A DNA stretch of 64,000 bases, taken from an uncultured Candidatus Saccharibacteria bacterium (lineage in GTDB: Bacteria > Patescibacteriota > Saccharimonadia > Saccharimonadales > 2-12-FULL-41-12). Position 1 is the first letter of the stretch, and each line of letters begins with the position of its first letter. The position numbers and the translations under genes were made by a program. Below, one piece after another: positions 46,069 through 56,191 of this stretch. The notes beneath the pieces were generated by a model that was not told where the DNA came from, did no database searches, and saw only the letters and a list, made by a program, of their open reading frames with translations. The stretch spans positions 224,166 to 288,165 of the forward strand of contig CAZFPJ010000001.1 of assembly GCA_964521095.1 (NCBI GenBank), in the 5' to 3' direction.

Positions 46069-47199
46069 ATGCAAAATCCAAAAAGCCAGCCCGTACCCCT
46101 AAGTCAAATCGATCATGAACTGCCCCCAGAAATGCAGTTCGAAGCATTAACCTTCCAGAGCAAAGATGGTGAGCCGACCATACCTCGCCTTCTTGATGAT
46201 GAAGGTCAGGCGACCTTTGCTGGCGAGCTTGCCTCGAAAGCGCTGTCTAGCCTTGGATCAGAAGGCCTTTCGAGCAAAGAGCAAGCAAATATTGCCAAGC
46301 CCTTGGGTTCCTTGATGCTATCGGCCAACCGAAAAAGCGTTCGAGAATTACTGAGTTCTCTAGACTCAGACGAACGGATAGTTGCAATATCAGGATTACA
46401 CCGCCTCAAAAGTTATCATAAAGCAGAGCAACCTCATAAAACACAAGCGGTTGCCTACCCATCGCCTACTGAAGTCAAAAAGCCAACAAAAAAACAGAAA
46501 GAGCAACCTTCGGAAACGACTAAATTACTAGACAGGTTATCAAATCCTAGCAAAAAAACTGACCCCCTTGTTATTACCACAAAATTTTTTGAAAAAAGAA
46601 TATCTTCTGTCATGTCTCCAAAAGACTTGTTTGACGACATCGTTAATATAGAACAATATATCGGGACAGAAATGACCGGCGAAGCAATTAGCTTAGCAAG
46701 TGTCCGAGCCATAGATAAAAAAGCAAGGCAGAAACTACCAGACTCAGCATCTGTGTCAAAAAACCTCAAGAAGTCAATCTATGCCTGGGGAACCTTGGCG
46801 GCCAATATGATAAATGATCCTGACATAATAGATACTGATGACAGATTTTTCCAGCTAGCCCTGCAACAACTCTCTACACGACAACAGCTATTCGCTTTAG
46901 GAGCATCAAAGAAAGAGCATAATAGCATACCAGCGATACATCAGACCCTGCTAGATATAATTCAAGAAAATTGGACAATGGCACAAAACGCATCTCAAAA
47001 AGGATCTCTAATACTTCAAGTAGCTACTGCAAACTTTGCGATAGCCTCGGATGAATGTGCAGACTATACCAAAAAGACTCTGTTCAAAAAAGCTGAGAAC
47101 AGTAATTTGCATGGCAAAATTTGGATGAACCACATGAGCAAGGTTGGCCCCGACAAAATAAGAGCAGTTATAGACACAAAATCTCCCTTCCTAGCCTAG
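46069..47199 (+). CDS. Hypothetical protein (376-aa orphan)
   Basis: Long ORF. No motif was recognised. Confidence 0.6.
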   Translation: MQNPKSQPVPLSQIDHELPPEMQFEALTFQSKDGEPTIPRLLDDEGQATFAGELASKALSSLGSEGLSSKEQANIAKPLGSLMLSANRKSVRELLSSLDSDERIVAISGLHRLKSYHKAEQPHKTQAVAYPSPTEVKKPTKKQKEQPSETTKLLDRLSNPSKKTDPLVITTKFFEKRISSVMSPKDLFDDIVNIEQYIGTEMTGEAISLASVRAIDKKARQKLPDSASVSKNLKKSIYAWGTLAANMINDPDIIDTDDRFFQLALQQLSTRQQLFALGASKKEHNSIPAIHQTLLDIIQENWTMAQNASQKGSLILQVATANFAIASDECADYTKKTLFKKAENSNLHGKIWMNHMSKVGPDKIRAVIDTKSPFLA

Positions 47200-47212
47200 A
47201 ATAATATTCGGC

Positions 47213-47240
47213 AAAAAAACCTACCCTTCTTATCGGGTAG
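47213..47240 (-). terminator. Rho-independent terminator (minus strand)
   Basis: On the minus strand: CTACCC-gataagaa-GGGTAG followed by g and T7. It starts immediately after the stop of the 47241..47642 ORF. Confidence 0.5.
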
Positions 47241-47642
47241 CTATCTGGTCGTGCAATAAAAACCCCCGAAAGGGCTAGTTTTGCATTCTGTAAATGTTGG
47301 AGCTTTATATGTTGGTGCATATTCTGTTGTTTTAGTCTGTTGGGGCACATAGATAGCCGACGGTTGTTTATTTAACTCTGCCTCAAGTTTGTTAATTTTA
47401 CCTCGAAGTTCAGAGGTGGTATTCATCTCGCTAACCCATTTACTGTTTAAGTCTTTGCTAGAGTTCTCTAATGCCTGGTAAGCATGTGTCTGTTCATTGA
47501 GCTTACTAGCTAAATTACTTATTTGCCCCCTAGACTGAACAATATAGTATGTCAAATAGCCTGCAAGGCTCACGAAAATCGTAAGCAGTACGAAAAAATC
47601 TATTTTTGTAGGAAACTTATTCTTACTACTATTCTGCCTCAT
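47241..47642 (-). CDS. Hypothetical membrane-anchored coiled-coil protein
   Basis: 133 aa with an N-terminal TM segment and a helical region (LNEQTHAYQALENSSKDL...KINKLEAELNK). Confidence 0.55.
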   Translation of the reverse strand: MRQNSSKNKFPTKIDFFVLLTIFVSLAGYLTYYIVQSRGQISNLASKLNEQTHAYQALENSSKDLNSKWVSEMNTTSELRGKINKLEAELNKQPSAIYVPQQTKTTEYAPTYKAPTFTECKTSPFGGFYCTTR

Positions 47643-47657
47643 CTTTGTTCGCTCTAT

Positions 47658-48950
47658 CTATGGTTTGGTCCAAAATTGGTTGAGTTGGTCATACAGAGCC
47701 TGGACATCGTTGCTTTGGCGATTACCAAGAATTCCCAAGCCCCAATTACCTTGCTCAAACAATTCGTTTGAGGCATAGACAATCTTGGTCTTATTGACAG
47801 CTTTTATGCGGTTGGGTATTAACCCGTAATCTTCAATGTGATCATCAAAAAAGTAACGACTCATATAGCCGTATGCAAGACCACCGACCGTCTGAGTGCT
47901 CCGTTGAAAGCGACCTATGCTGTACTGTTTTGCGGCCTCTATGTCCTCGGCGCTTATGTCTCCAGCCAAGACTTTTTTGAGCTCGTCTATCATGATGCTA
48001 AACAAAGCATGGGCATTGTCTGGCCTAACCTGTGCCCCAAACCACCAGTTTGTAAAATCGTTACCCCAGCCAACCCCAGAACTCATGCCATACACTAGGC
48101 CTTGTTCGCGAGCGGTACCCAGTATGCGCGAATACAGCGTGCCCGTAAGTGATGTGTCTATTAAGTTAATGGCGTCTCGCAATTCTTCGCTTAGACACTG
48201 GTCTTTGAATGTGTCGAAGTAAAAATAGTAATTCCGTACACTGTTATTTGCAATATATAGTGGTTTATCTAGGCCTTTTGGACGATTGGTCGGAGCAGGC
48301 TTACGGCCTCGGCCTTTTGGCAATTTCATATTCTCTAAGGTGGCTTTTATTTGCTGTCTTCTGGTGGCTGTTATTTTACCGGCAATAATAAAACGCATGT
48401 TACTAGTAGTGTGAGTCTTTTTATAATGCTCTTGAACATCATCGAGGTTTACATTTTTGAGTAACTTGAGGCGCTTTTGATAAGTTGTCGCCCGAAAGCC
48501 ATAAGCCTCGCGCAGAGCTAAACTTAATCTTTGAAAATGATTGTTAGAACGAGAGGACAACTCTTCGCGGACATTACCCACCTCTGCCTTAAATTCGTCC
48601 TGCAAAAATAATGGTTCTGTAATTGCCAGTACCATGCAGTCAAGAATTCGTTGCCACTCTATGTCGGCACACTCGGCTTCGTAAGTAATGTCGTTGACAC
48701 TGGTGCTGGCATTTGAATAAGCACCGTTTTTTTCGAATTCTGCCTGAAAGTCACGAGCTTTTGGATATGCTTTGTTAGCACCAAGAAGTAAATGCTCCAT
48801 AATATGAGGCGCCTCCCATTTATCTTCTGGAACCAAAAACTCTCCAGCTCGGAAACTAATATGAACACTCATCACGCTAGCATCTGGCACATTAATCAAA
48901 AGCCCTCTTGCACCGTTGTCTAGGACCAGCTCTTTTACATCGTGCTTCAT
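47658..48950 (-). CDS. M16-family (pitrilysin-like) zinc peptidase
   Basis: Inverted zinc motif HIMEH (HxxEH) near the N-terminus. The 430-aa length fits an M16 two-domain protein. Confidence 0.8.
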   Translation of the reverse strand: MKHDVKELVLDNGARGLLINVPDASVMSVHISFRAGEFLVPEDKWEAPHIMEHLLLGANKAYPKARDFQAEFEKNGAYSNASTSVNDITYEAECADIEWQRILDCMVLAITEPLFLQDEFKAEVGNVREELSSRSNNHFQRLSLALREAYGFRATTYQKRLKLLKNVNLDDVQEHYKKTHTTSNMRFIIAGKITATRRQQIKATLENMKLPKGRGRKPAPTNRPKGLDKPLYIANNSVRNYYFYFDTFKDQCLSEELRDAINLIDTSLTGTLYSRILGTAREQGLVYGMSSGVGWGNDFTNWWFGAQVRPDNAHALFSIMIDELKKVLAGDISAEDIEAAKQYSIGRFQRSTQTVGGLAYGYMSRYFFDDHIEDYGLIPNRIKAVNKTKIVYASNELFEQGNWGLGILGNRQSNDVQALYDQLNQFWTKP

Positions 48951-51557
48951 CTATTTTTTGCGCTTTTTTGCGTTTTTCTTGTTCTGGCGTTCGGCTTTTC
49001 TAGATTTTTTGATTTTCTTTTTCTTTTTGGCTACGATTGCCTGCTCTTCGCTACTACTCACAAAGTCTGTTTCTGCAAATTCTTCTAGATCAAGAATTTT
49101 ATCTGCATTATCTACCGAGCTCTTGGCTGCCTTTGTTAGCTCTGTTTCTACCGGCCTATTAAGCTCGGCCTCGGAAACTGGACGAGCGTTAAACAGTACC
49201 TGCACTATATCGTGCCTTAGGCTGTGTTGCATATTTTCGAATATTCGTTGAGATTGCGTACGGTATTCTACCAATGGGTCTCTTTGCCCGACACCCATCC
49301 AGTGGATCCCCTCACGCAAGTGATCCATGTTTTCTAGGTGTTGCATCCAGTAGTTGTCTAGGGTCTGCAGGTATACATCGCGTTCAACTTTGCGCAAAAT
49401 CTCTGACCCAAAAAGCTTCTCTTGCTTATCGTAAGCCTTGTCTATCTCGGCGATTAGTTGCTTCTCGAATTGATCGGCTGGCAAATCAAAAAGCTTATCT
49501 AGCGTTTTATCTGTTAGCGGGAAGTGATTTTTTAAAACATCCTCAAAATCCTCGTTCAGGCTACTAGGCGAATTAACTAAGTCACTCACCTGAGTATGGA
49601 TGAAATTCTTGACTCGTTTATGGATATCCGCCTGATGCAAAATCTCTTTTCGCATACTGTAAGTCGCTCTACGGTGACGGTTCATCACATCGTCATACTG
49701 AACAACATTTTTACGCGTATCAAAGTTAAAGCCTTCGACTTTTTTCTGCGCGCCCTCTAGACTCTTGCTAATTACGCGGTTCTGGATTGGTGTTTCATCA
49801 TCTACTTTTAGCCTATCCATAACCCGCATAATGCGGTCGCCGCCAAATATACGCATTAGATCATCCTCGCAACTTACAAAAAATTGCGATGCACCTGGGT
49901 CACCCTGACGACCAGATCGGCCACGAAGCTGATTGTCTACCCTTCTAGATTCGTGACGCTCACTACCAAGCACAAACAGTCCGCCAGCCTTCTTGGCGTC
50001 TTTGTCTAGCACAATATCTGTACCACGACCGGCAATGTTGGTAGCCAAGGTTACTGCTCCCTTTTGGCCAGCCTTGGCAATAATGGCTGCCTCTTTCTCG
50101 TTGTTTTTGGCGTTTAGAATCTGGTGAGGTATTTTCTCTTTTTTAAGAAGCTTGGTCAGTAGCTCATTCTTTTCAATAGAAGCCGTACCGATCAACACCG
50201 GTTGGCCTTTTTTATGAAGTCGCTTGACCTCTTTGATGATTGCTTTAAATTTTCCAGCCTCTGACTTATAAATTTTGTCGGCCATGTCATCCCTAACAAG
50301 CTTTTTGTTGGATGGAATTTCTAAAACATCGAGCTTATAAATCTGATGGAACTCTTCAGCCTCGGTTGCCGCCGTACCAGTCATACCAGAGAGCTTCTCG
50401 TACAAACGGAAATAATTCTGAAAACTGATTGTGGCAAGAGTCTGAGACTCTTCTTGAATCTCTACGCCTTCTTTGGCCTCGATTGCCTGATGGAGTCCTT
50501 CGTTGTATCTCCTACCCTTTAGCAAACGACCTGTGTGTTCGTCTACGATCACTACTTCGCCATCTTTGGTGACAACATAATCTTTGTCTCTTTTGAACAA
50601 ACCTTGGGCCCGCAGGGACTGCTCTAGGTGATAGATTGTACGAATATTGGTTGTTGCATACAGGTTATCGATGCCTAAAATCTTTTCGACTTTGTCGATT
50701 CCCTTATCATTTAATGCTACTTGTTTGCGCTTTTCGTCTACTTCGTAGTGCTCGTCTCGTTTTAAGTTACGAACAACCTTAGAAAATTGCAGATAATATT
50801 CGCTACTAGCTGTCGATGGAGCCGAGATAATAAGTGGCGTCCTTGCTTCATCAATCAAAATTGAGTCTACCTCATCCACGATAGCAAAATTAAGCTCTCG
50901 CTGGCGTAGTTGGTCTACTTCCCTGACCATGTTGTCACGCAAATAGTCAAAACCAAATTCGTTGTTGGTGCCGTAGGTTACATCTGCAGAATATGCCTCT
51001 TGTCTGGTGCAAGGTTTTAACTTTTGCATACGAGGGTCGTCGTGATCTTTGTTGTTAAAATCTGGGTCGTACAAAAAAGACGCATCGGCAATAATTACAC
51101 CTGTCGATAAGCCAAGAAAATGATATAACTCACCCATCCAACCAGCGTCTCGCTGAGCTAGATAGTCGTTAACGGTTACTATATGAACCCCCTTACCAGT
51201 TAGACCATTTAGATATACTGGAGCTGTAGCAACCAAAGTTTTACCTTCTCCCGTCTTCATCTCGGCAATGCTACCCATGTGAAGCGCCATGCCACCAACC
51301 AACTGTACATCAAAATGACGCATACCTAGCGTACGCAGAGAGGCCTCTCTGGCAATGGCAAACGCATCTGGTAGCAGCTTGTCTAGTGATTCTTTTTCAA
51401 GGCGCTTTTTTAGCTCTGAAGTTTGCTCGGCCAACTTTTTGTCCGACATCTTTTTGTATTTTTTTTCTAGACTATTAATATCGGCGACTTTCTTTTGCAA
51501 CCGCTTAACCGTGCGCATCTGAGGATCACCCAAAATTCGTTTTACAACCGTCTTCAT
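48951..51557 (-). CDS. secA: Preprotein translocase ATPase SecA
   Basis: 868 aa. MKTGEGKTLVA Walker A, DEVDSILIDEARTPLIIS, TNMAGRGTDI-like NIAGRGTDI. The Lys-rich C-terminal tail has no Cys/His zinc finger. Confidence 0.96.
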   Translation of the reverse strand: MKTVVKRILGDPQMRTVKRLQKKVADINSLEKKYKKMSDKKLAEQTSELKKRLEKESLDKLLPDAFAIAREASLRTLGMRHFDVQLVGGMALHMGSIAEMKTGEGKTLVATAPVYLNGLTGKGVHIVTVNDYLAQRDAGWMGELYHFLGLSTGVIIADASFLYDPDFNNKDHDDPRMQKLKPCTRQEAYSADVTYGTNNEFGFDYLRDNMVREVDQLRQRELNFAIVDEVDSILIDEARTPLIISAPSTASSEYYLQFSKVVRNLKRDEHYEVDEKRKQVALNDKGIDKVEKILGIDNLYATTNIRTIYHLEQSLRAQGLFKRDKDYVVTKDGEVVIVDEHTGRLLKGRRYNEGLHQAIEAKEGVEIQEESQTLATISFQNYFRLYEKLSGMTGTAATEAEEFHQIYKLDVLEIPSNKKLVRDDMADKIYKSEAGKFKAIIKEVKRLHKKGQPVLIGTASIEKNELLTKLLKKEKIPHQILNAKNNEKEAAIIAKAGQKGAVTLATNIAGRGTDIVLDKDAKKAGGLFVLGSERHESRRVDNQLRGRSGRQGDPGASQFFVSCEDDLMRIFGGDRIMRVMDRLKVDDETPIQNRVISKSLEGAQKKVEGFNFDTRKNVVQYDDVMNRHRRATYSMRKEILHQADIHKRVKNFIHTQVSDLVNSPSSLNEDFEDVLKNHFPLTDKTLDKLFDLPADQFEKQLIAEIDKAYDKQEKLFGSEILRKVERDVYLQTLDNYWMQHLENMDHLREGIHWMGVGQRDPLVEYRTQSQRIFENMQHSLRHDIVQVLFNARPVSEAELNRPVETELTKAAKSSVDNADKILDLEEFAETDFVSSSEEQAIVAKKKKKIKKSRKAERQNKKNAKKRKK

Positions 51558-51671
51558 TTACTTATCAACCCCTCTTTTCTGTTCAAATTATGGCTCTTTA
51601 GCTTGTCTAAAATATTTTGAGAATAAACAAGAACCTGCACTCTAACAAAGCCCTTCAATAAAACTGTAAAT

Positions 51672-51700
51672 ATTATACAGTAGTTAACTGCTAGATGTAA
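51672..51700 (-). promoter_or_regulatory. Candidate promoter TTACAT-17-TATAAT (minus strand)
   Basis: It lies in the hpf-secA gap. Plus-strand atgtaa at 51695-51700 and attata at 51672-51677. Confidence 0.45.
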
Positions 51701-51706
51701 GGGGTT

Positions 51707-52066
51707 TTATCGACTACGACTGAGTATGTTCACCATGCGTTTGCGGAGTCCAGGTCCAGCATGCTTGGCTTTATATTTTTTAAGCTGAATCTTTAACTTT
51801 GCTTCTGCCTCGTCAATCGCTGCTTCTATACTCGAGCCTCGAGCATTGACCGTTAGCTGACCGTGGGGCAAAAATATGATCACTTCACATCCATGCTTTA
51901 TTTTGTCTTTGGCGCCAAGTTGCTTGAGCTTCACCTCTGCGTGCATGCTCTCTCTAGCTTTGGGCGATACGAATTTATCTAGATGACCAATCTTATCTTC
52001 TACATATTCCTTCTTTTTGGGTGTTAATTTGCTATGAATTGCACTAATCTCTAATTTTTGAATCAT
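51707..52066 (-). CDS. hpf: Ribosome hibernation promoting factor (short form, HPF/RaiA family)
   Basis: 119 aa. The pattern is MIQKLEISAIHSKLTPKKKEYVEDKIGHLDKF...AEVKL. Confidence 0.8.
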   Translation of the reverse strand: MIQKLEISAIHSKLTPKKKEYVEDKIGHLDKFVSPKARESMHAEVKLKQLGAKDKIKHGCEVIIFLPHGQLTVNARGSSIEAAIDEAEAKLKIQLKKYKAKHAGPGLRKRMVNILSRSR

Positions 52067-53365
52067 CTAGATGACCTCCTTGTTTAGATATTTTTTCAAG
52101 ACTTCGGGGACAATAACATCACCTTCTTTAGTCTGATTATTCTCTACTATGGCAATCAGTGGCCTCTCTGAAAATACGGTTGCATCATTTGTATGAACCA
52201 ACCTCGTGTTGCCTTCTTCATCTTTGTACTTTGTTTTAAGTCTCCTAGCCTGGTAGTCAGTCATGTAGTCTGCGGTGTGGGTTTCGCGGTAGGCGCCCTG
52301 TCCCGCCATCCAGCTGTCGATATCCCAGCCACTTGCATTTGGACTGCCAATGTCTGCAGTGCACTTTTGTACAAGTCGATATGGTATTTCTAGCTCTTCC
52401 ATGAGTTCCCTCTGCAAAGCAACGAACAATTTGTGCTCTTCTAGCCCAATTATTTCGGAAGAAAAGCTTTCCATCTCTAATTTATTAAACTGATGCAACC
52501 GGATTATGCCCTCAACATCTTTACCATAAGAGCCAGCCTCGCGCCGAAAAGCTGTGGTGTAGCCAACATATCGCAAAGGCAGTTCGTTTTTATTCAGTGT
52601 CTCGCCCTGATGCATTGGCACCAGAGTATGCTCTGCGCTGGCATTGAGCCACAGATCATCTTCGGCTAATTTGTAGGTAGTTTCTGACTTATCTAACCTA
52701 GCTGTCGCTTCATAAACTTCAGTCCTGGCTACTGCCGGAGGAAGCACTGGCACAAACGGCTTGTCGCTAATATTTAAACCATACTTATCAATAACTCGCT
52801 TAATAAAACTCTGGTCACCTAGTCTATCTATGCCAAACTGCATCAATGCCATTTCTAGGCGAACCAAGTCGCCTTTTAGGTAAGCAAACCGAGCCCCTGC
52901 CACTTTTGCGGCTCGCTCTTTGTCGATCCAGCCCTTGGCCTCACCAATCTCTACATGACTCTTTGGTGCAAAATCTAGCTGTTTGGGTTCCCCGACAATC
53001 TCGGCTACAACATTTTCGTCCTCACTAGCACCAACCGGCACTCCTTCGAGTGGCATATTGGGGACTTGCTTGAGCAAGTTATTTAACTGCAAATATATAG
53101 CGTCAAGTTTGTGCTCTAGATCCACCAGCTGTTCTTTGATCTGCTTGCCTTTTTGCAAGCCTTGTTCGGTAGGCTTTCCACCTGATTTTTGGAAAGAAGA
53201 AGCATGTTCGTTGCGCTCACGGCGTTTGTCCTCGACTAATTGCAGGAGCTCTCGCCACTGTCTGTCAAAACCCAACAGTTGGTCAATATCTATCTCGACA
53301 TTTTTTTGCCTGGACTTTTCCTGGACTAGTTCTGGGTTGTCTCGTACGAATTGAATATCTATCAT
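52067..53365 (-). CDS. serS: Serine--tRNA ligase
   Basis: MIDIQFVRDNPE, a coiled-coil arm, and class II motifs (FRREAGSYGKD, HQFNKLE). Confidence 0.95.
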   Translation of the reverse strand: MIDIQFVRDNPELVQEKSRQKNVEIDIDQLLGFDRQWRELLQLVEDKRRERNEHASSFQKSGGKPTEQGLQKGKQIKEQLVDLEHKLDAIYLQLNNLLKQVPNMPLEGVPVGASEDENVVAEIVGEPKQLDFAPKSHVEIGEAKGWIDKERAAKVAGARFAYLKGDLVRLEMALMQFGIDRLGDQSFIKRVIDKYGLNISDKPFVPVLPPAVARTEVYEATARLDKSETTYKLAEDDLWLNASAEHTLVPMHQGETLNKNELPLRYVGYTTAFRREAGSYGKDVEGIIRLHQFNKLEMESFSSEIIGLEEHKLFVALQRELMEELEIPYRLVQKCTADIGSPNASGWDIDSWMAGQGAYRETHTADYMTDYQARRLKTKYKDEEGNTRLVHTNDATVFSERPLIAIVENNQTKEGDVIVPEVLKKYLNKEVI

Positions 53366-53373
53366 ACCTCTTA

Positions 53374-54168
53374 TTATACCTTTTTATTTAAGTGTTTTAG
53401 AGTTAGTTCGGTGCGAGAACGAGCGTAGTCGCAAAATTCACAGGGCTTTGTTGGGTCCATAACTTTATAGCCAACAGCTGGCATCTCGTCAGAATCTAGA
53501 GTGGATTTCATTTGCTCTATCACGCCATCTACCCAGTCGAACTTGCCATGATGTGGGAAAACATGAGTTTCAAACTTAACTACATTGTCGAACTTTTCGT
53601 GTGCCCAACTACCTGTTGCATACACAAAATAACCTGTTGTGCTCACCTTAAAGCCATTTTGATGCAACAACCACTGGTATATCTCCATCTGTCGTCTGTA
53701 CATATCGTGCCAGGTACCTTCTGCACCGAGCGATTTAACCGGCTCAGCCTTTGCAGTAGCCTTATAATCTACCACGATTAGCTGGTCATCTTTGTCTATC
53801 CAGACATCGTCTACCGCCCCAAAAATATGTAAGTTTGTCGACTCGTGCAAAGTACTAATGCCTGTAAAATTGGCTCGCCAAGTGTTTAGGTCTTTGTGCT
53901 TGTACGGAATTGCATCGACACCAAATTCACTCATTAAGGGGTGTGGTTGGGCTTTTTCTCGGTAAGAATCAAATTCTTTTTTGAAAAGCTCGTCGATGGC
54001 TTTATTAATGTTAAACGGTGGGCCTGATGGCCTACTAATCTTTAGCCGTGCATCAAGCCAAAAACACCTTGGGCACTGCATGAATAGCTCTATCTTACTT
54101 CGAGATAGTCTGTACGGAGCTTTTTGCCCCGGTTGATACGGCGGATTCCGCCTGCTTACATATGCCAT
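53374..54168 (-). CDS. PD-(D/E)XK nuclease family protein with Cas4/AddB-like four-Cys arrangement
   Basis: N-terminal SRSKIELFMQCPRCFW, core GAVDDVW...LIVVDYKAT, and C-terminal CEFCDY. Confidence 0.7.
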   Translation of the reverse strand: MAYVSRRNPPYQPGQKAPYRLSRSKIELFMQCPRCFWLDARLKISRPSGPPFNINKAIDELFKKEFDSYREKAQPHPLMSEFGVDAIPYKHKDLNTWRANFTGISTLHESTNLHIFGAVDDVWIDKDDQLIVVDYKATAKAEPVKSLGAEGTWHDMYRRQMEIYQWLLHQNGFKVSTTGYFVYATGSWAHEKFDNVVKFETHVFPHHGKFDWVDGVIEQMKSTLDSDEMPAVGYKVMDPTKPCEFCDYARSRTELTLKHLNKKV

Positions 54169-54195
54169 TGCTTAATATTATACGCTAAAGTGCAG

Positions 54196-55098
54196 TTATA
54201 TTTTGGTGAATAATTCTGGACGCGTCTGTGGTAGACCGCTAAACTCTTCTGCTATTTTTTTAGTTAACGGACCAATATTCTTTGAGATTATTGTATTCTC
54301 AATCTGGCTACACCAGGTTATGTCGGTTGCTGTACCGCTAAAAAACACTTCGTCTGCTTGCAAAAGTTCATCGCGAGACACCTTGCGCTCGGCTACCTTT
54401 ATACCTAGCTCCTCGGCAATCTCTAGCACCGTTCTGCGAGTAATGCCTTCCAGTATGTCGCTATCTATAGATGGCGTAATAAGCTGACTGTCTTTAACGA
54501 GAAACAAGTTCATTACCGCACCTTCACTGACAAATCCATCTTTGTCTAACATAATTGACGAGTCAAAACCTTTGGCTTTGGCTTCACTAATAGCTAGTGC
54601 CGAATTAATATATCCGCCAGTAGCCTTGGTGCGAGGAGGAATAGACTTATTACTGTTTCGTTGCCAATCCGAGATATCGACTCGTAGCCCGTTTGGTGAC
54701 TGAAAATAAGCTGGCATATCTAACATATATACGGCTAGCTCGTAGTCGCCTGCTATGTCAGGAGAGATATTTGTGTCGCTCCGATATATGAGTGGGCGTA
54801 TGTACGCTGTTGTCTTTGGGCTATTTTTTTGGGCAGTATTTAAGATGGCTTTTTTTACCAATACATTGTCAAAATTATAATGAAACCCCAGAGCTTGTAC
54901 GCTTTGCTTCATGCGCGCAATATGGTCATCTAGCCGAAAAATGGCTACTCCAGCATCTGTTTTGAAAGCCTTAATCCCGCCAAAGATACCCGTGCCGTAG
55001 TGCAAGGCATTTGTCATAATAGAAATTTGAGCCTCTTCTATTGGTACGACTTTCTCTTCAAAAAAAGCGTATGGATACGGTTTAAAATTTTTACTCAT
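54196..55098 (-). CDS. ilvE: Branched-chain/class IV aminotransferase
   Basis: 300-aa fold-type IV pattern (HYGTGIFGGIKAF, YIRPLIY, GGYINSALA, EGITRRTV). Confidence 0.85.
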   Translation of the reverse strand: MSKNFKPYPYAFFEEKVVPIEEAQISIMTNALHYGTGIFGGIKAFKTDAGVAIFRLDDHIARMKQSVQALGFHYNFDNVLVKKAILNTAQKNSPKTTAYIRPLIYRSDTNISPDIAGDYELAVYMLDMPAYFQSPNGLRVDISDWQRNSNKSIPPRTKATGGYINSALAISEAKAKGFDSSIMLDKDGFVSEGAVMNLFLVKDSQLITPSIDSDILEGITRRTVLEIAEELGIKVAERKVSRDELLQADEVFFSGTATDITWCSQIENTIISKNIGPLTKKIAEEFSGLPQTRPELFTKI

Positions 55099-56165
55099 TT
55101 TGTTTTTACCCCAACTGGATACGAACCCAATACTTTACAAATTTGTGTATGACGAGACATGTCGTCTACTGCCCTAGCTACCTTGGCGTCCTTTGTGTGT
55201 CCAATAAAATCAATATAAAAAGCATACTGTCCTGCCTTGTATGGCTGAGACTCCAAGCGGGTCATAGATATGTCATTGCCCGCCAGAACCCCAAGGAGTT
55301 CATGCAGTGCACCCGGCTTGTCCTTGATCACACAAACAAGAGAAGTCTTGTCATCCCCAGTTGGCTGTGTCTCGAATTTACCAATAGCGATAAATCGCGT
55401 TTGATTATCTGGCTGGTCATTAATGCCCTTTTCGACAATATTAATATCGTATATTTCGGCTGTTTTGTTGCTGGCTATCGCTGAAGTGCTCGGCTCTTTC
55501 GAAGCCATCTCGGCTGCGGCTGCATTGCTATCTACAGAAATCTGCTTGGCCTTTGGCAAATGAGTTGCCAGCCATGCTCTGCATTGCCCGAAAGACTGTG
55601 GATGGGCATAAATAGTTTGAATTTCTGCTAGCTCTGACTGCTTGGACAGCAAACAATGCACCACCGGCAAAGTAATCTCGGAGACAATCTTTGCATTTGT
55701 ATCTAGCAATAGCTTATGCGCCTCTCTAACGGCTCCTTCTGACGAATTTTCAATAGGAATTACAGCAATCTGAATAGTACCTGCCTCGACCGAACGGAAC
55801 ACTGCCGGCAGGGTCTGCTCACTCTCAAGACTAATATCTTCGCCAAACAAACGCTCCACTGCCTCCTGACTATAAGTCCCTTTAGGGCCCAAGTAACCTA
55901 CCTTTAACTTGCCAGCTAACTGTATATTCCTAAATTGATTTATGACCGATGCAAAGATAGATCCTATGGCTTCTTCTGTTAGTGGGCCGGTATTTTTGGT
56001 AACCAACCTCTTGACAATCTGTTGTTCTCGCTCCGGCCGAATTGCCGAGCTACCCTGCTTGGTCTTTTTGACAGCCAAACTGTATCCTAGCCTTTCGTTT
56101 AGCAACGCCAAAATTTGATCATCGATTTTATCGATTTCTGTTCTTATGTCGTTTAATTTATCCAT
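55095..56165 (-). CDS. pheA: Bifunctional chorismate mutase / prephenate dehydratase (with ACT domain)
   Basis: CM (IRTEIDKIDDQILALLNERL), PDT (VGYLGPKGTYSQEA, TRF), ACT (TSLVCVIKDKPGALHELL). Confidence 0.9.
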   Translation of the reverse strand: MDKLNDIRTEIDKIDDQILALLNERLGYSLAVKKTKQGSSAIRPEREQQIVKRLVTKNTGPLTEEAIGSIFASVINQFRNIQLAGKLKVGYLGPKGTYSQEAVERLFGEDISLESEQTLPAVFRSVEAGTIQIAVIPIENSSEGAVREAHKLLLDTNAKIVSEITLPVVHCLLSKQSELAEIQTIYAHPQSFGQCRAWLATHLPKAKQISVDSNAAAAEMASKEPSTSAIASNKTAEIYDINIVEKGINDQPDNQTRFIAIGKFETQPTGDDKTSLVCVIKDKPGALHELLGVLAGNDISMTRLESQPYKAGQYAFYIDFIGHTKDAKVARAVDDMSRHTQICKVLGSYPVGVKTK

Positions 56166-56191
56166 GTATGCTCTTCTACGATCTTTCCCTT

